A DNA stretch of 64,000 nucleotides, from NCBI RefSeq assembly GCF_006345805.1, contig NC_043011.1, forward strand, positions 63,996,464 through 64,060,463, written 5' to 3'. Positions 1 to 13,733 of the stretch are shown here, piece after piece. Numbering within the stretch: position 1 is the first letter of the stretch; the number at the start of each line of letters is the position of its first letter. Below the pieces are notes generated by a model. That model worked only from the letters and a program-made list of their open reading frames with translations, did no database searches and was not told where the DNA came from. The position numbers and the translations under genes were made by a program. The stretch is from Octopus sinensis. Taxonomy: Eukaryota.

Positions 1-192
1 AAATACATTTTGCTGTTCTAGTTTGTTTAATTCTGTCACATTTTGAAGAATATAAATATATATAAGTGAAATGAACTATGGAATTTTATGTAGTATAATG
101 ACAAGGGAATCTTTATAATAAATATACATTTCGCTAAATGTATGAATAATTATTTTTATGAATATTGGAAATAAGAGCATATATACTTGCAG

Positions 193-292
193 AATGTATC
201 TTCACTTGTTATATTCATGTTTATGGGACATCGACGTACTACGGCTTCGTAGCATTCGTTTGACATGACAAATCCTAAAAATGTAATGTCCG
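193..292 (+). pseudogene. Possible decayed exon-3 homolog of an upstream paralog
   Basis: ttgcag|A ATG TAT...TGT CCG|gt; 100 nt (88+12, same phases); reads MYLHLLYSCLW...ILKM*CP with two stops and Cys5 lost. Confidence 0.4.
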
Positions 293-388
293 GTTTTAAG
301 TATCTTTTTCGTTCACAAAAATATAAAATGTTACGAAAGACTCAGTAAAATAAATTATTAGTCTTATTTATCCATCTTCCAAATCCAA

Positions 389-458
<70 letters not shown>

Positions 459-1479
459 TTATAATGGGTTCATGTTATGTTTGAATTTGTGCTCCCTGCA
501 CTGGACGGAGAAGGTTATGTTTACTGTTCAAAGAGCAAATATTTCGCTGTAAATAATAGAAAATATACACATTTGCTAATTTCTTTGTTATACGACTGTT
601 TTGTATGTTATTGTTATCATTGCCTCAAGTCTGACATGGTATATTTCATTTTATAACAATTTTCAATGGTATTTATATGATGTTTAGTTATTCTACCTCG
701 ATCTAATCTGATATAATATTGTGTTACATAAGGATCTTTCATCAGTATGCACATATATATGTAGCTGTTAATGTACAGCAGCCGTTTAATTTTAGGGCAT
801 TTCATATGACTAAATATTTGCATTAATAAAGATTTTTCAGTATTCTTTTTAACAATACAAATATCCCCCAGAGGATAGTTAAAAGTATTTGCGCATATTG
901 TTATTTCCATAACAGAGAACCACAGGTAAATTCCTAGTAATTGTGCGTTGGTGCATATTATGCATGCATGAAGAATATTTACCATAATATATTTGTTGTG
1001 TAGAGCTTTACAGCCTAAACAATGAGATAATACGAGATATTCCAATAAGAAAATTTCTATGAATCTTTTTCATAATAATCTTGGATAACGAGAAATTTCA
1101 TAAATAACACATTTATGAACATATTCGTAAATTATTTTATGTAAGCATGCTTGTTATTGCTCTGAATAAAATGTGGAATTTTCAGTGTTGGAAATTTTCA
1201 CTAGTATGTATAATTTTGAGTTATATTCCAAAAGGTTTGCTACTTTTTCACAAAGATAACTATGTCACCTGGATAAATGCAATTTAATATATCATTACCA
1301 GACGTCTATTTAACTGACCCGCCATGAATGTTTTTATTCCAGATTGAAGGAAAAGGCCGTAATATTAATTTGAAACCACTCTGATGAACACTGCTTGTCA
1401 GAGGTGATAAACTTGTAGAAAGCAGTCAGGGATGAAGGCAGTTTAGAAGTGTGCAGTCTAGTATATGTAAACAGAAACT

Positions 1480-2200
1480 TATGATCTCCTCCAGACTACT
1501 TATTGACTAACATGTATGATATGAGCATCTTCTACGGCCAGGCACATGAGGCGCCACGTTGATATAGACAACGAATTCGGAGCATCAGAGCTAGTTGAGA
1601 ACACCAGCAATTTTCTCGATAAAGACAGTCATGTGTGTATAAAATCAATAAACATACAGATTGGAGTTGTTGTAGAAACTCGAAACAGAATTATTCATGA
1701 AGTGGGACCCATAAGGAGAATGTGTACAAAGTCTGTTATTAGACTGCTCAGTGAAAAAGAGACGTGTTGGCGACAGAAGGGAGGTTGTTAACCTCATTAC
1801 TTTCAAATCGAGAGTAAATGACCTGTCAGGAAGGCTCGATTTACATTTATGATCCTGAAATCTAATGACAACGTAACCAATGGAATTGTGCAGGCTCTTT
1901 TGCAGACCCAAAAACCCCAGGTGAAGCACATCCACTGGAAAGCCCATTAAAATCAACTACTTAGACAGCTAGGGCATAACTTACGTTCACTCGGTGCCCT
2001 CTGTCCAAGCGGTCAACAAAACTTTTAATATTTTACAGACGTTTTGAAGACCTCGTATTGGAGCTTTCGGCGCGAATGCTGAGCAGTACGGAATGTCGTT
2101 TCGAAATTTCTGGCAGAGTGAATTACGTCATATTGCTGCAGATCTAACAGACTGTGCCCAACTAATCCTACTCCACGGTGTAGTCGATAAAATCAAAAGC
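1480..2200 (-). mobile_element. Highly decayed Gypsy-type LTR retrotransposon pol (integrase region) relic
   Basis: Minus-strand translation fragments resemble the FHVGHPG...KSL zinc-binding region and VHI..GP core; many stops and frameshifts. Confidence 0.4.
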
Positions 2201-2270
2201 AATTATTTCGCATGCGTGAAATTAAAAAATTTAAAATGCAGATAATTTACCCATGACAGAAGGTATAAAT

Positions 2271-2305
<35 letters not shown>

Positions 2306-2850
2306 CATACACACACACATACACACCGTATGGTGACAGGGAGAAATTGGAAGAGAGAGTGAGAGAGACTGACAGACAGACTGACAAATACATAGGTATA
2401 GGGAGAGAAATATAAAGTTTAAGAAATGCATGGAAGTAATGAGAGGAAATATATCTAGCCGATTCCAATTACATGGACTTTGGTAGAATATATCTAAAAC
2501 TTGAGGAGCAATTATCACTGGGATACTCACCTACAGTGACAAGCAAATGAAACAGGACCAATTTCATGGCGAATACTCAATTCTACGTTAATCCTTGGTG
2601 ATGGAATAATGCCCAGTATGTAAAGATGCTGTGACAGATGGATGCCGACCTGAAAGTTATACATGTTACATATTGTAACTACATTTTTTTATGGTCTTCA
2701 ATAATTTATGTACAAAATAGAATCGTTAAATAATGAACTATCTACTATTTACAATTTGTAAAATGGTTAAAATGGGCCTGTAAAAGCTTTGAGAAAAAAT
2801 TGTTTCTTTTTTCATTTAGTGCAGTTTTAGATGACTATAAATTGAATGTT

Positions 2851-3670
2851 CACGAGGTGGTATCAAAATGTTCCTGAACTAGTTTTGTTGCACACCAGTA
2901 GATGGCAGCACACGGTTGCGTGATCGGTGAGCTGGCAGCCACCTTCTTGAAGCACCACATCGAGTTACATCACTTTGTTTACTTCGCAAGTGGTTAAATT
3001 TGTGTTTTTGTTACAGTCTTCAATTTTATCGTGGACCTAGATGTTGGAACAAAAGCCAACGAGAAATTTGGTGTAGGTGGCACCTGATGATGATGGTTGT
3101 GTCTACTGGTACGACTCTGAGACGAAGCAAATGTCGTCACAATGGAAGGGCACTTGATCTGTTCGACCGAAGAAGGCAAGCCAGAGTCGCTGTTCAATCA
3201 AGTGCATGCTCATCGTCTTTACGACATCCTCGGTATTGGGCATCGCGAATTCGTCCCCCAGGACCAAACCCTCAATCGCGAATTCTACTGAAACATTTGG
3301 AAGTGTATGAGGGAGGACGACACACGAAAGAAAACCGGGTCTGTGGAGCAGAAAGAATTGAATTATTTACAATGGCAATGTACCATGTCACCAAACTTTC
3401 TTTCCCTGTGTGTTTCTCACCTCGATTCTGCACCCGCCCTATTTGCCAGATTTAGCACCAGTGGACTTGTATCTGTTTCCCCCAAAAGAAGAAAATGCAG
3501 TTCAAAAGTCGCTGCATTATACTTGCTGTCGAGAACAAGAAAGAATCTCAGAAGTTCCTCAACACGTTTAGAAAACTGTCAGGAACGCTGGGAACGGTGT
3601 ATTGCTTGACGATGGTGTTAAAACGTAGGTAAAATGTTTTTTTTTTATCAGAAATATCTTGTCCGGGAAC
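2851..3670 (+). mobile_element. Mariner (Tc1/mariner) transposon relic
   Basis: TIR-like acgaggtggtatcaaaatgttcc at the left end and gtccgggaac at the right. Transposase motifs YDSETKQMSSQW, RPKKA, MLIVF.DI.GI.HREFVP and HPPYLPDLAP..LYLFP are split over frames. Confidence 0.85.
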
Positions 3671-3990
3671 ACGACTGTTTTCGGACAATTCAGGTCTCTG
3701 TTCCTGTATGTCTTTTTATTGTTGTGCGTCAGTTACAGTATGAGAGCATTTTAGGTCGCATCTCTGGCTATGGAAGTGTTTTGTAACACCCCAGTAATAA
3801 TTAGTGATACTTGTAATTCTCCATTTTGGAGAACCATTGCAAGCTGCTGTTTATGTTAAATATGTATATATATATATATATATATATATGAAACGGGAAG
3901 CTTTATGAAAATAGACAAAAGACGAAGGCAGGTGGAAAACAAACAAGCAATTGTATTAGTATGGCGCTCAGGAAATATAAATAAAACAAG

Positions 3991-4028
3991 TCTTTAACGT
4001 TTCGAGCCTACGCTCTTCAACAGAAAGA
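3991..4028 (-). ncRNA. Minimal type I hammerhead ribozyme-like motif (core CUGUUGA variant) in a ~215-bp repeat
   Basis: Minus strand UCUUU CUGUUGA A GAGC-GUAG-GCUC GAA ACGU U AAAGA: stem I 5 bp, stem II 4 bp, palindromic ACGU stem III. Confidence 0.6.
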
Positions 4029-4097
4029 TACACAGAGAGAAAAAAACCACAGAAAGAAGGAGAGAAAAAAAATGCGTGCAGTAACTAACGAATCAAC

Positions 4098-4184
<87 letters not shown>

Positions 4185-4191
4185 ATATATA

Positions 4192-4280
<89 letters not shown>

Positions 4281-4365
4281 ATATATATATATATACAACC
4301 CACTTAACAATGAGGCCTTCAGCACCATACTACAAAGCACAGCCCTACTCTAGGGAGACCCAAAG

Positions 4366-4896
4366 ATGAACCGGATCCTCGAAACACACACCATCATTAA
4401 AAGTAAACGGCAACCAAAATCCTTGGAATGGATTTTAACCCAAGCTAAACCGCACCCAACATCAACCATAAAACCAGCAGTTAGAAAATGTGGAAGGCCC
4501 AACTGCGGAATCTGTGTCATCTTAGTAGAAGGTTCAGAATTTATGCTAGAACAAGGCCTTCAGTTCACTATTAGAACAAACTTCACCTGTGCATCAGAAA
4601 ACTTAATTTACGATTTAACATGCACACGCTGCAATAGGCAATATATATGCCATACAAAAAATAGCTTACGTAACAGGATGGCGGTGCATAAATCACAAAT
4701 TAGAAACCCTGAATACCGGAAAATACCGGTAAGCGGACACATAGATAGATGTGCTGCAAATGAAAATCCGAAATTTACAACTTACCCACTTTACAAATTC
4801 AGTGACAGCGTAACCTTCACGCAACGCCGAAATAAAGGACTTTATTTCATCAAAAAATTTAGACCAAGTTTGAACACCCTGGGCCAGGAATATTAA
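4366..4896 (+). mobile_element. Penelope-like element GIY-YIG endonuclease C-terminal fragment
   Basis: KCGRPNCGIC zinc-knuckle linker, FTC.SENLIY.LTC..C..QYI..TKNSLRNRM..HKSQI, and the terminal F.PSLN motif. Confidence 0.85.
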
Positions 4897-5162
4897 AACA
4901 AAACATTGGTCTTCCGAAAAAGAAAAAACGAAACTCTACCACAACCACTACGACTGCCCCCACTAACACTACCACTACTACAACCACCGTGGTCACTGTT
5001 ACTACAGCCACAGTGAGAGAATTAAAATAGTGGAGGTGGGGGCAATTACAATTACTCAGATCCTTAAACAGACACTCCCGCTGGGAGGGGTATGTCTTAG
5101 GGAAGGAAAAATTTATAAAAATAATTATTTTTCTCTGCGAACAGATCTGATTTTGAATAGTC

Positions 5163-5500
5163 AAAAAATTGATGACGTTTTCCCTCAGTAGTCAAGCTTG
5201 TCGCCATGCTTGATTGGTTTTCCTACAAGATACAGTTATGGATCAGCTCTAATTCTGATTCGTTAAAAAATTGATGACGTTTTTATTCCGGGGTCAAACT
5301 AACCAGAATACAATTATGGGTCAGATCTGACTTTGATTCGCTAAAATATTGATGACGTTTTTCTTCCGTGGTCAAACTAGCCACCTAGCAGGATACAATT
5401 ATGGGTAAGATCTAATTTTGATTCGCTAAAAAATTGATGACGTTTTCCTTCCGTGGTCAAACTTGTCGTTCTGCTTGGCTGGTTTCCTAAACAGTATACA
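5163..5500. repeat. Four degenerate tandem units (about 78-100 bp), each starting aaaa(a/t)attgatgacgtttt
   Basis: TGATGACGT at 5170, 5272, 5350 and 5435 with shared ggtcaaact and atacaattatgg..agatct blocks. Confidence 0.8.
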
Positions 5501-6007
5501 GTTGGGGGTCTTTTCCTTATAATCGTTGAAGCTTGGCTTTGATTGGTTTGGAATTATATGACGTCAGTGAACAGTGTCAGAGACCACAGCTACTACTGAC
5601 GTAACTGATATAAACCCAACAATCACAAATTGGCCAAAATTACGACGACCAAGAATCACTACTGTTGCTCCCATCGGAACACAAGGTAAAATCTATAATG
5701 AACTCCTGCACTACACTTGACAAAACTCCTTATAATATATTTTTCGCCTTTTCAAGAACATGGATTCTATTGAATGTATATAGCATGGAATTTATTGAAT
5801 GTATGTAACAATTATGAACTGTTCCATTATATTTTTTATGCATATAGCATGGACTCTATTGAATGTATGAAACAATTATGAACTATTCCATTGTACTCCT
5901 TATTATAAAAAAATTCTTTTTGATAAGGTTCGTTATTTCAAGAACCGAAACATGTAAAAATTAAAATTTATTTAATATAGTGGCATTTTCAAACTTCTTT
6001 TTTACAA

Positions 6008-6051
<44 letters not shown>

Positions 6052-7546
6052 TTATGTCTGTGTGTGTATGTGTGTGTGTATTTTTGATATGAAGTTTCAG
6101 TCCAATGATTGTGGCCATCATTTCGAAATCCCTATCGAAAATATTCATGTTAAAGTATAATAATACATTTTCCTTTACCCACCTGTGTATGCATAAGTGA
6201 CATGCTTGTGTTTGTGTTTTTCATCACCGTCACTTTTCAGCCTTAAGTACAGCTCTATAAATCTGCCATACTTATTACTCTCCTATATGACTTGCTGTCC
6301 TGGATACGTTATTGGTGTCACATTACCCAATTAGTCGTCTTCCCAGGATAATCTGCAGTTATACATTAAAAGACAGAATATATGATGTCAACTCGTTTAG
6401 CAAGCATAAGATTGGTGTGGTAGCCATGTCCTCTATTCAGTCACAATTTCACTCGGTCGTTCATGTCGTCAGAGTGTGTTACGAAAAATTAATTTAAATG
6501 GTCATAAGTACTCTCATTTTAATGGTAAGCACAGGAATATTGGTCGTCGACCGTGGCCAAATTCAGCCATAATCTCATATCAGGTCTATAAGATATAATG
6601 TTATTAAAACGTTAGACAAAATTCTCTGTCACATCTTTCTTCACTCTAAGTCAGCATACACACCAGCGTACACACCCTAAAGAAGGATTATTTTTTATTC
6701 GTATTCTGTTTGGTTGAATTTATTCTCTCTAACTTCCCGTCTATCATTTTTTGTTAGTAATATAATGTCAGTTACTTAACAACAAATTTTCATTTCAAAT
6801 TTTGGTACAGAACCATCAATTTGAAAGGAGAGGATCAGTCGCTTACTTCAGGCCAATTATAAATTTTACAGACTCGAAACTAAAGTCGATGTTGGAGTGA
6901 AGTCGGAAGAAACGCCTGCAAGCATGTTGCCCGTCACGGTAACAATTCAGTCAGAACCACCGCCTTTGTTTCACTACAGCTACAACAGTGCTTTTATTGA
7001 ACTGGTGTGTATATGGATTAGCATGTTTGTAGTAATCTGTTTTATAATAGAAGTCGCAAACCGCCAGATATCACAGCATCCAATGAAGCTTTGTTCCAAA
7101 GTTTGCTTTGTAGAATGATTGACAAATTGCTAATGATGAAATTTAAAGCTAGACACACAGACACACAAACAGTAAGGACGTTAAGAAACAGTAAAGATTT
7201 TAAGTTCAACCAGCCATCTTGGAGAAAGGGTTGTGAATATGTTTAAGTGTGAACACATTTTTATCACTTGACACTTCAGCCTGTTGAAGAATGATGCTGA
7301 CGCATAGACTGGAATTCATAAAAAAATATTCAGTTTGTTATGCTGAACGTAGGTAAAAGCAAATTCCATTGGTATACAAAGGAAAAGTGATTATTTTGAG
7401 TCAGGTAACATAATGTTTTCACTGAAATAGATTTTTAGTATGATGTATAGTATTTTTTGGCGTTTTGGCTATATTTTATTACAATTTTCAACTAAATTAT
7501 AATCTACTGTAAAAATATTTATGATATCCATGGCTTAGTTGTAAAG

Positions 7547-7625
7547 AACATGTCAAATTCATTTTCTTTACAACCTCATATATATATATAAAATGTGTAT
7601 ATTGTGGTTGCGAGAGAAAACATCT
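7547..7625 (+). promoter_or_regulatory. Gene A core promoter/5' block (TATA-like, TGTGGTT)
   Basis: TATAAAA at 7587-7593 and TGTGGTT at 7603-7609; blocks aacatgtcaaat, caacctcatatata and ttgtggttgcgagagaa are conserved at 20640-20715. Confidence 0.55.
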
Positions 7626-7713
7626 GTTTATATCCGCTTCGTGAATATCAGAGATAATTATGTTTATGAGACAATATCCTACAAGCAGCTTGACATTAAC
7701 AAAACTGCTCGGA

Positions 7714-7750
7714 ATGAAGGTTTTCATCTTTATGTCGCTTCTTATTGTTG
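7714..7750 (+). CDS. Gene A exon 1 (signal peptide, MKVFIFMSLLIV+G)
   Basis: ATG at 7714 downstream of a TATA-like site; hydrophobic codons; donor G|gtacgt; homologous to 20737 and 44857. Confidence 0.8.
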
Positions 7751-10700
7751 GTACGTAACCAAATATCTAATTTCAATGAAAGGTCTATGGCTTATTTAAC
7801 TAGTATGCCTTCGAGATTCAATGCCAAAAATAACCATATATTCATTTGTCAATATATCTCGTTATTTAATCACCTCTATTGAACTATCCCTTACATTATT
7901 TGTTGATCCACATGCCAATCTCACAAACTATGTTCTCAATTTTTACTTCTATCGACTTGTAAACAGACACTCAATTTTTTAAACTGACCTTCTTTCGCTT
8001 TATGAATCTCACCCTGAAGCTACAAATATATCTGCAGACAGAAAACGATTCATAAGTAACGACGTTTTTCACAGCATCCGCTTCAGGTGCACTCATATTA
8101 AATAACAAGATTACCAACATTAACGTGTACTTTTGAACATTATTTTATATAAAGTTACGAGAGATATTCGAGGATAGGAATTTGCCAAAACATATCTTTT
8201 TATATTGCAATGTAAGAGTAAAAAAAAGTATGATTTTTGCATACGTATAATTAACTAGGTTTAACTTTCAAAGTTCCAAAATAGACAGAAGCATCACATA
8301 CACTACAAAACATGCCCCCACGGAGATACATCGGATATACCGGACCTTCTCTGGGATAACGTGTTTCCACCTTATACGCCCTACATCAACGTGACGAAGC
8401 ATTACAAGTTATGCATAGCTGAACGTGCGGGAATCCTAAATGACTCGCTCGAACCAGGGAGCATCCTTACCTCCAGAACAGAGATTTTCAAGCCATGCTT
8501 ACATTTCAAGATATTCCTGCCAGCATTTTGGAGCCCGAAACATGCCAGCACAACCGGAAGTCGATAGCCAATGGGAAAGGGAGATAATCATGTTGTTTAC
8601 TTTGTAGGGAAGCTTTAACCTTCCATCTTTTGAATAAGTCCTAGGCCAACAGGTTTTGGGGTCTGACGAGAGGCCATGTATGTATGTATGTTATCTTATT
8701 TTGTATGTATGTATGAAAGAATGAATGAATGTATGTATATTATCTTATTTTTGTAAATGTATCGTTAAAAGTAATTCAGCATATCAGACTATTCATATGT
8801 TTTAAAGTATTCAAGTAAAAGAAATTACAATGATATTAGTTACAGGGTTATTTCAATTCCAGCCTTTAGTTGGCTGTGTGGATTGAATCTTTCGTTATAC
8901 TACCTGACCAATGGGGAGAAAAGGAACTCTGACGTCGTTTATATTATTTCTGGTTACATTCAGTAAACGATATCTATTTATTCACATAAATTTTGAATAA
9001 TGCAATATTTAATGTTGAACCTAAATATTAACGAGTTGCAAAACCAGAAATTAAATTAATCGTTAAAATCAACCACGGAATAATAACTATCTGGCGAAGT
9101 AACCAATCATCAAGGGATCGCTTTTGTCAAAAAGGTTTCCATATCAGGATGAAATAAAGGACTAAACAACTTGCATAATTGAACTTCGAAAATGTTTGAT
9201 AATTTCTTGCATTCTAAATAGTCGTGCCTATAATCTTGAAAATTAGTGCGTAACTAGATCTTGATATACCAATCTAGGCAATTATATAAATTCATCAGTT
9301 TTCTTATCACTAATTACACAAAATATATTCCACTGAGGATTGCGTTTTTATGCTATATTTTATATCTATGAGCTACTAACATTAATCTAAAATTTTAGGT
9401 CCTGATGGAGTTTCGACGTGCACTGAAAAAGCAGACGCTTATTGCAAGGAGGCGAAGATGTCTTATAATGAAATGGTGTTATCGACTGAGTTCTGCAAGT
9501 ATTACGAATTCAATTCTATAATTATTTTTTAACGCACGCACACACAGACATATAAATGACAGGCTTCTTTAAGTTTCCGTCTGTGAAAACCACCCTCAAG
9601 GCTTAGGTCGGCACGTGGCTATAGTAGAAGACACTTCCACAACTTCACATGCAGTTGGACTGAACATGGAAATGCGTGTTTGGAAAGCAAAATTCATACC
9701 ATAGAACCACGCATGCACCTCCTGTTTATTTCTGCGTTGAATTCTGTCGAAGAGCGCAGGCTCGAAACGTTAAATACTTTCCCACTTCCCGAGCGTTAAA
9801 CTAACACATCTGTTTGTTGTCTATACGCCCATCTTCGTCTTTTGCTTTTTTGTAAATTCTCACTATTTATGTATATATATATATATACATATATAGTGTG
9901 TTTGAGTGTGTGTGTGAGAGAAAGGGAGATAGAGAGAGAGGGGGGAAGAGATCTGTGGACATATTGCAATTATAATGAATTAGGTCTAAATGTACCCTAT
10001 GAAGAATTTTCGAGAATCCTTGAAGTTTTTCCTCATAGAATTATTCCATGACTCCGCCTCCATTTTCGATGACTGCTTCAAAGCAGCACCGGAATTTTTG
10101 ACTTGCGTCAATAGAAAAAATATAGCTTTTTCAAATTGCGGTTAATTTATTTACGGCTGTATCTCTTAGTGGATTTACGGTATTTTAGGATTATCAATGA
10201 ATTTCCATTTCTGTAATGTTTCAGTAAAAGGATTTTAATGTGACCAGATTTCAGGCCCCTATGGTGGTTGGGCATAAGGGTAAATCTTGTCTGATATTGA
10301 TTAGGGGTTATGTTGGCTTTGAGAGACAAGTGTCTTATAATATCCCGTCACTGCGTACTTCATCGACCCAAGTTTCGAAGAAAGTCTTGAGCGCCCAGCA
10401 ATATCTAGCAACATCAATTCTCAGATCCTGTGGAAAGAAGCAACCTGTTGTTACAAGACCGTCGTTATTCACCCCTCTTAAAAGCAGTATATTTCCTGAA
10501 AAGTTTATCTACATCATTCAGTATGCTTCAGAATGAACTGTATTTACTCATCTTTTGATCTTAGCAGACATATTTATTTTCCTTATCAAAAACGAACCAA
10601 CGTATAACATGAATGTGAGGTACTTAACATTGTAGGTAATCGTCGGCGCGACGCTTTTCGTTTTGCTTTCATGAACTGGACGTCCTACTCTATATACAAA

Positions 10701-13700
10701 TTTTACCGTATGTGAGCCATATTCTAATACTCTTCCCCAATACCTGAAGCTCTTTGGTGACGGAGTCTGTTGATTTTCCAATAACATCAACAATGCGTTT
10801 AACTATTTGGTTGAAATGTTGTGTCCTTACCGTACCCCAAACTTAAGAATGTATTTTATCTTTAATAGATTCGAAACGGAAATAAAAGCAGCTTAAATGT
10901 GAAGAAACTTTCAGTGTCGTAATAGTCTAAGACGTTTTTAATCTTCGTAAAAACAGCGTCTAAAAAGCGACGCAGAATGTGACTCAAATGACACGATAGA
11001 CCCGTAAGAAGCATGTTCCTTATGGTTATGCTTCATCAGATATAAACTACAAATCCGTCGTTTATAGCTCACTACGACATTCAATTCTAATATATAAAAA
11101 TATAATTGAAAAATATAAATATGTTAACCTTTGTGAGCTTTTTTCCACGTCTTAGTGTACATGGAGTTTTTACTAGGTTTGCGTTTACAAGAATGTTTTA
11201 AATATAAACGCATTCAGATTTATCTTAGACTGCCTATAGGTGTAGCTTTAAACAATTATTTTAATTCAACAAAAAGAACATAAGCAGTAAATACACGTTT
11301 TTACTGGTTACCAGTAACACTGTTAGTTCTTTGTAAAGTTTTAATGAAGAACTCTTTGTCTGTACTTGATGAAGCCTAATCGTGTTAAATCACTTATAGT
11401 GTTTGGTTATGTCAACCATAACCCAGCTTAGATTTTTTTGCCATTCTCTTTAAGGAGAAATTCTTTTCGAAGTGAGTTACCGCATCAATTTATATCCCCA
11501 TTTCATTTAACACTTGTATGGAAAATATACTTATATTTGGTTCTATTTAATTATCTTTAATTCGTGAGGTTTTAGTGGATTTATTGCTACATCACTACAT
11601 TCTCCAAATGTCTCCCAATGTTTTTAATAGTTCCCCTACAAGAAAAATGCGTATTTTTGCGCTATGAAGGACCGATGTTTTCTGTGTCCGTAACTGATAT
11701 GTAACCCGCTTCACCCCGACTTTTGCAGCTCGGTGACATTATTAGTGGCTTGGGTTGGTGTGTTTGTGCACGCATTGTCTATAACGATGACATCCCTTCC
11801 GTGCCATTTACGCAATAAAGATCTTCCTCGTTTTAGTGCACTTGAACGTGTTAAATATAATATTCTCGGCTGTTTCTTCATTTCTCTTACTCAAACCTAA
11901 AAATCCATAAGAGATTCGATTTTCAAACGTAGAAGTATATACAATGACATGAACACTGAAATACACATGCATTATCTGTATTAAACATTGTTTTTAATTG
12001 TTGTTGTCCAGGCTTTATTGGAAGTTTGAACCATGTCTAAAGTGGGTAGGCGATTACTGTGCTGGACATTTTGAGTACTACTTCAAGAAAAGGTGTCCGG
12101 TAATATACATTTCATATTTCATTCCAAAACACATACCATGTACCAAACAACAATATAAGTGGTAATTTTACTTGTTCCAAGCAAAATAAATTACACATTT
12201 TACTGAATTTGAAGCAATGTTGCGGCCCCACTCCATCGATCTCCTCTCCACATTCTCTCAAATACATACACACTCATACACGCACACACACACAGAAAAC
12301 ACAGACACATAGTTTATTTTTGCAATCGTCTCCACCTATGTTAAAACGGTTGGACAATGAAAACTTTAGCTGTGGAATTCGCCTACCATTGTTTATGTGA
12401 ACATTGGTTTCTTCCCCGAAGACATCTTGGGGTTCATTGACATAAATGCGTATCATATGGTTTGCTTACTTTTCAGAAAACAGGACACTATTTGGAAATC
12501 ATGGAACTACAGAAAGATCAAAGACATTATACATATTTTGTTTCAGCTCCACATATATAAATGTTTGGTGTAACATAATCTTTGTTCGACGAATAGGAAT
12601 TGACCTTATATTTTAAAATATTTATTTAAACTTTTAAAATTTCGTTTTATGTTATATTGAATTTTTGTTTCAGCATGAACCGCCAAAGGAGAATTCTAGC
12701 GTGAGAAATGAGGTACGTAACATTATGGTAAAATACGGGTTTAATACTATCGTGATGTCCTAATAAAACTCCTAAGAATTATGTTCAATGTGTCTACACT
12801 AGCGGACAGTTAATGATGATGGACAATGCAATATTTCCTCCTCAATGTCTATGATATAATACAGAGCTGAGATATGTGTGTGTTATTGCAGTTTTGTGAT
12901 CATTATTGACGATATAGTTTCCCTTGCATCATAGGAAATGTGTTATAATCAAATCCCTTTTATCCTTCACTAACAACAGCAGTGGAGGTGTAATACTGCG
13001 AAAAAGTTTAATATTTTTGTGTATTATATTCAGAATTCAATATATGAGTTAGTTGCATTAATTTATAATTTCGAAAACAATTGAATTGAATGCAATATTC
13101 TACGAATAAGCAATGGAAACTTAAACACATTTCGTAAACAAATAATTATTATCATTATCACTAACATTAATGTTGTCATCCTGATCAGTAATAACAATGG
13201 ACTCTACAGTTGAAGACGAAGTACGGGCCTTCAGCTTTCGCCGAAAGATCTGCATAGATGATTCGTTTAGAGTAATCAAATTTATGTGATGTGCATTACC
13301 TCACATCACACATCAAACCGACGTTGTCTGAACAGTTGCACGGTGTACAACACGTGAGGTGTCGAGATTATTGTAAAGCGACGCCAGATGATGTGTTTTG
13401 CTCAAGAACACATCGCACTTCAAATCTAGGAATTGAAGCCAGGATCTCGAGATCGTGCCTGCAACACCTTTACAAATTAGGCGATAATATTAATAATAAT
13501 CTTTTCCAATTAATCCCTCCCCACAAAGTGTTTTTCGCACACATCATCGAAAATACGATTAATAATTCAAAGCATTCTATCATTTTATAGCATGTAGAAT
13601 GATATATCAAGCGTTTGTTAAAAAAAACTCCCAAAATATAAAATGTTAACCAACCTACTTTTCTTATACTTTACAGGTAATACTGAAAAATCAGTTGATT

Positions 13701-13733
13701 ACTGCAAGTTTAATTACGTTCTTTCAGTGTATG

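Noticed and set aside
5163-5430. C/D snoRNA cluster (TGATGA...CTGA in tandem units)
   Set aside because: The D box is missing in some units, there is no terminal stem or evident guide, and the array abuts a Penelope element.
10039-10140. AG/GT-bounded open segment with three Cys in A intron 2
   Set aside because: Open only in phase 1, Cys spacing differs from exon 3, and no homolog in B or C.
11729-11818. Exon-like LGDIISGLGWCVCARIVYN segment with homolog 30185-30259 (PQHVIRSVNWCLYLRFVYN)
   Set aside because: It lies in intron 2, does not fit the phase chain, has no good donor and no counterpart in C; explained as conserved intron sequence.
12674-13680. Phase-2 reading of exons 4-5 (ending ...R* at G|TAA or G|TGA; in-frame TGA in A suggesting editing or readthrough)
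   Set aside because: Once the 88-nt exon 3 was found the phase is 0, which gives open frames with synonymous conservation and aligned stops in A and B.
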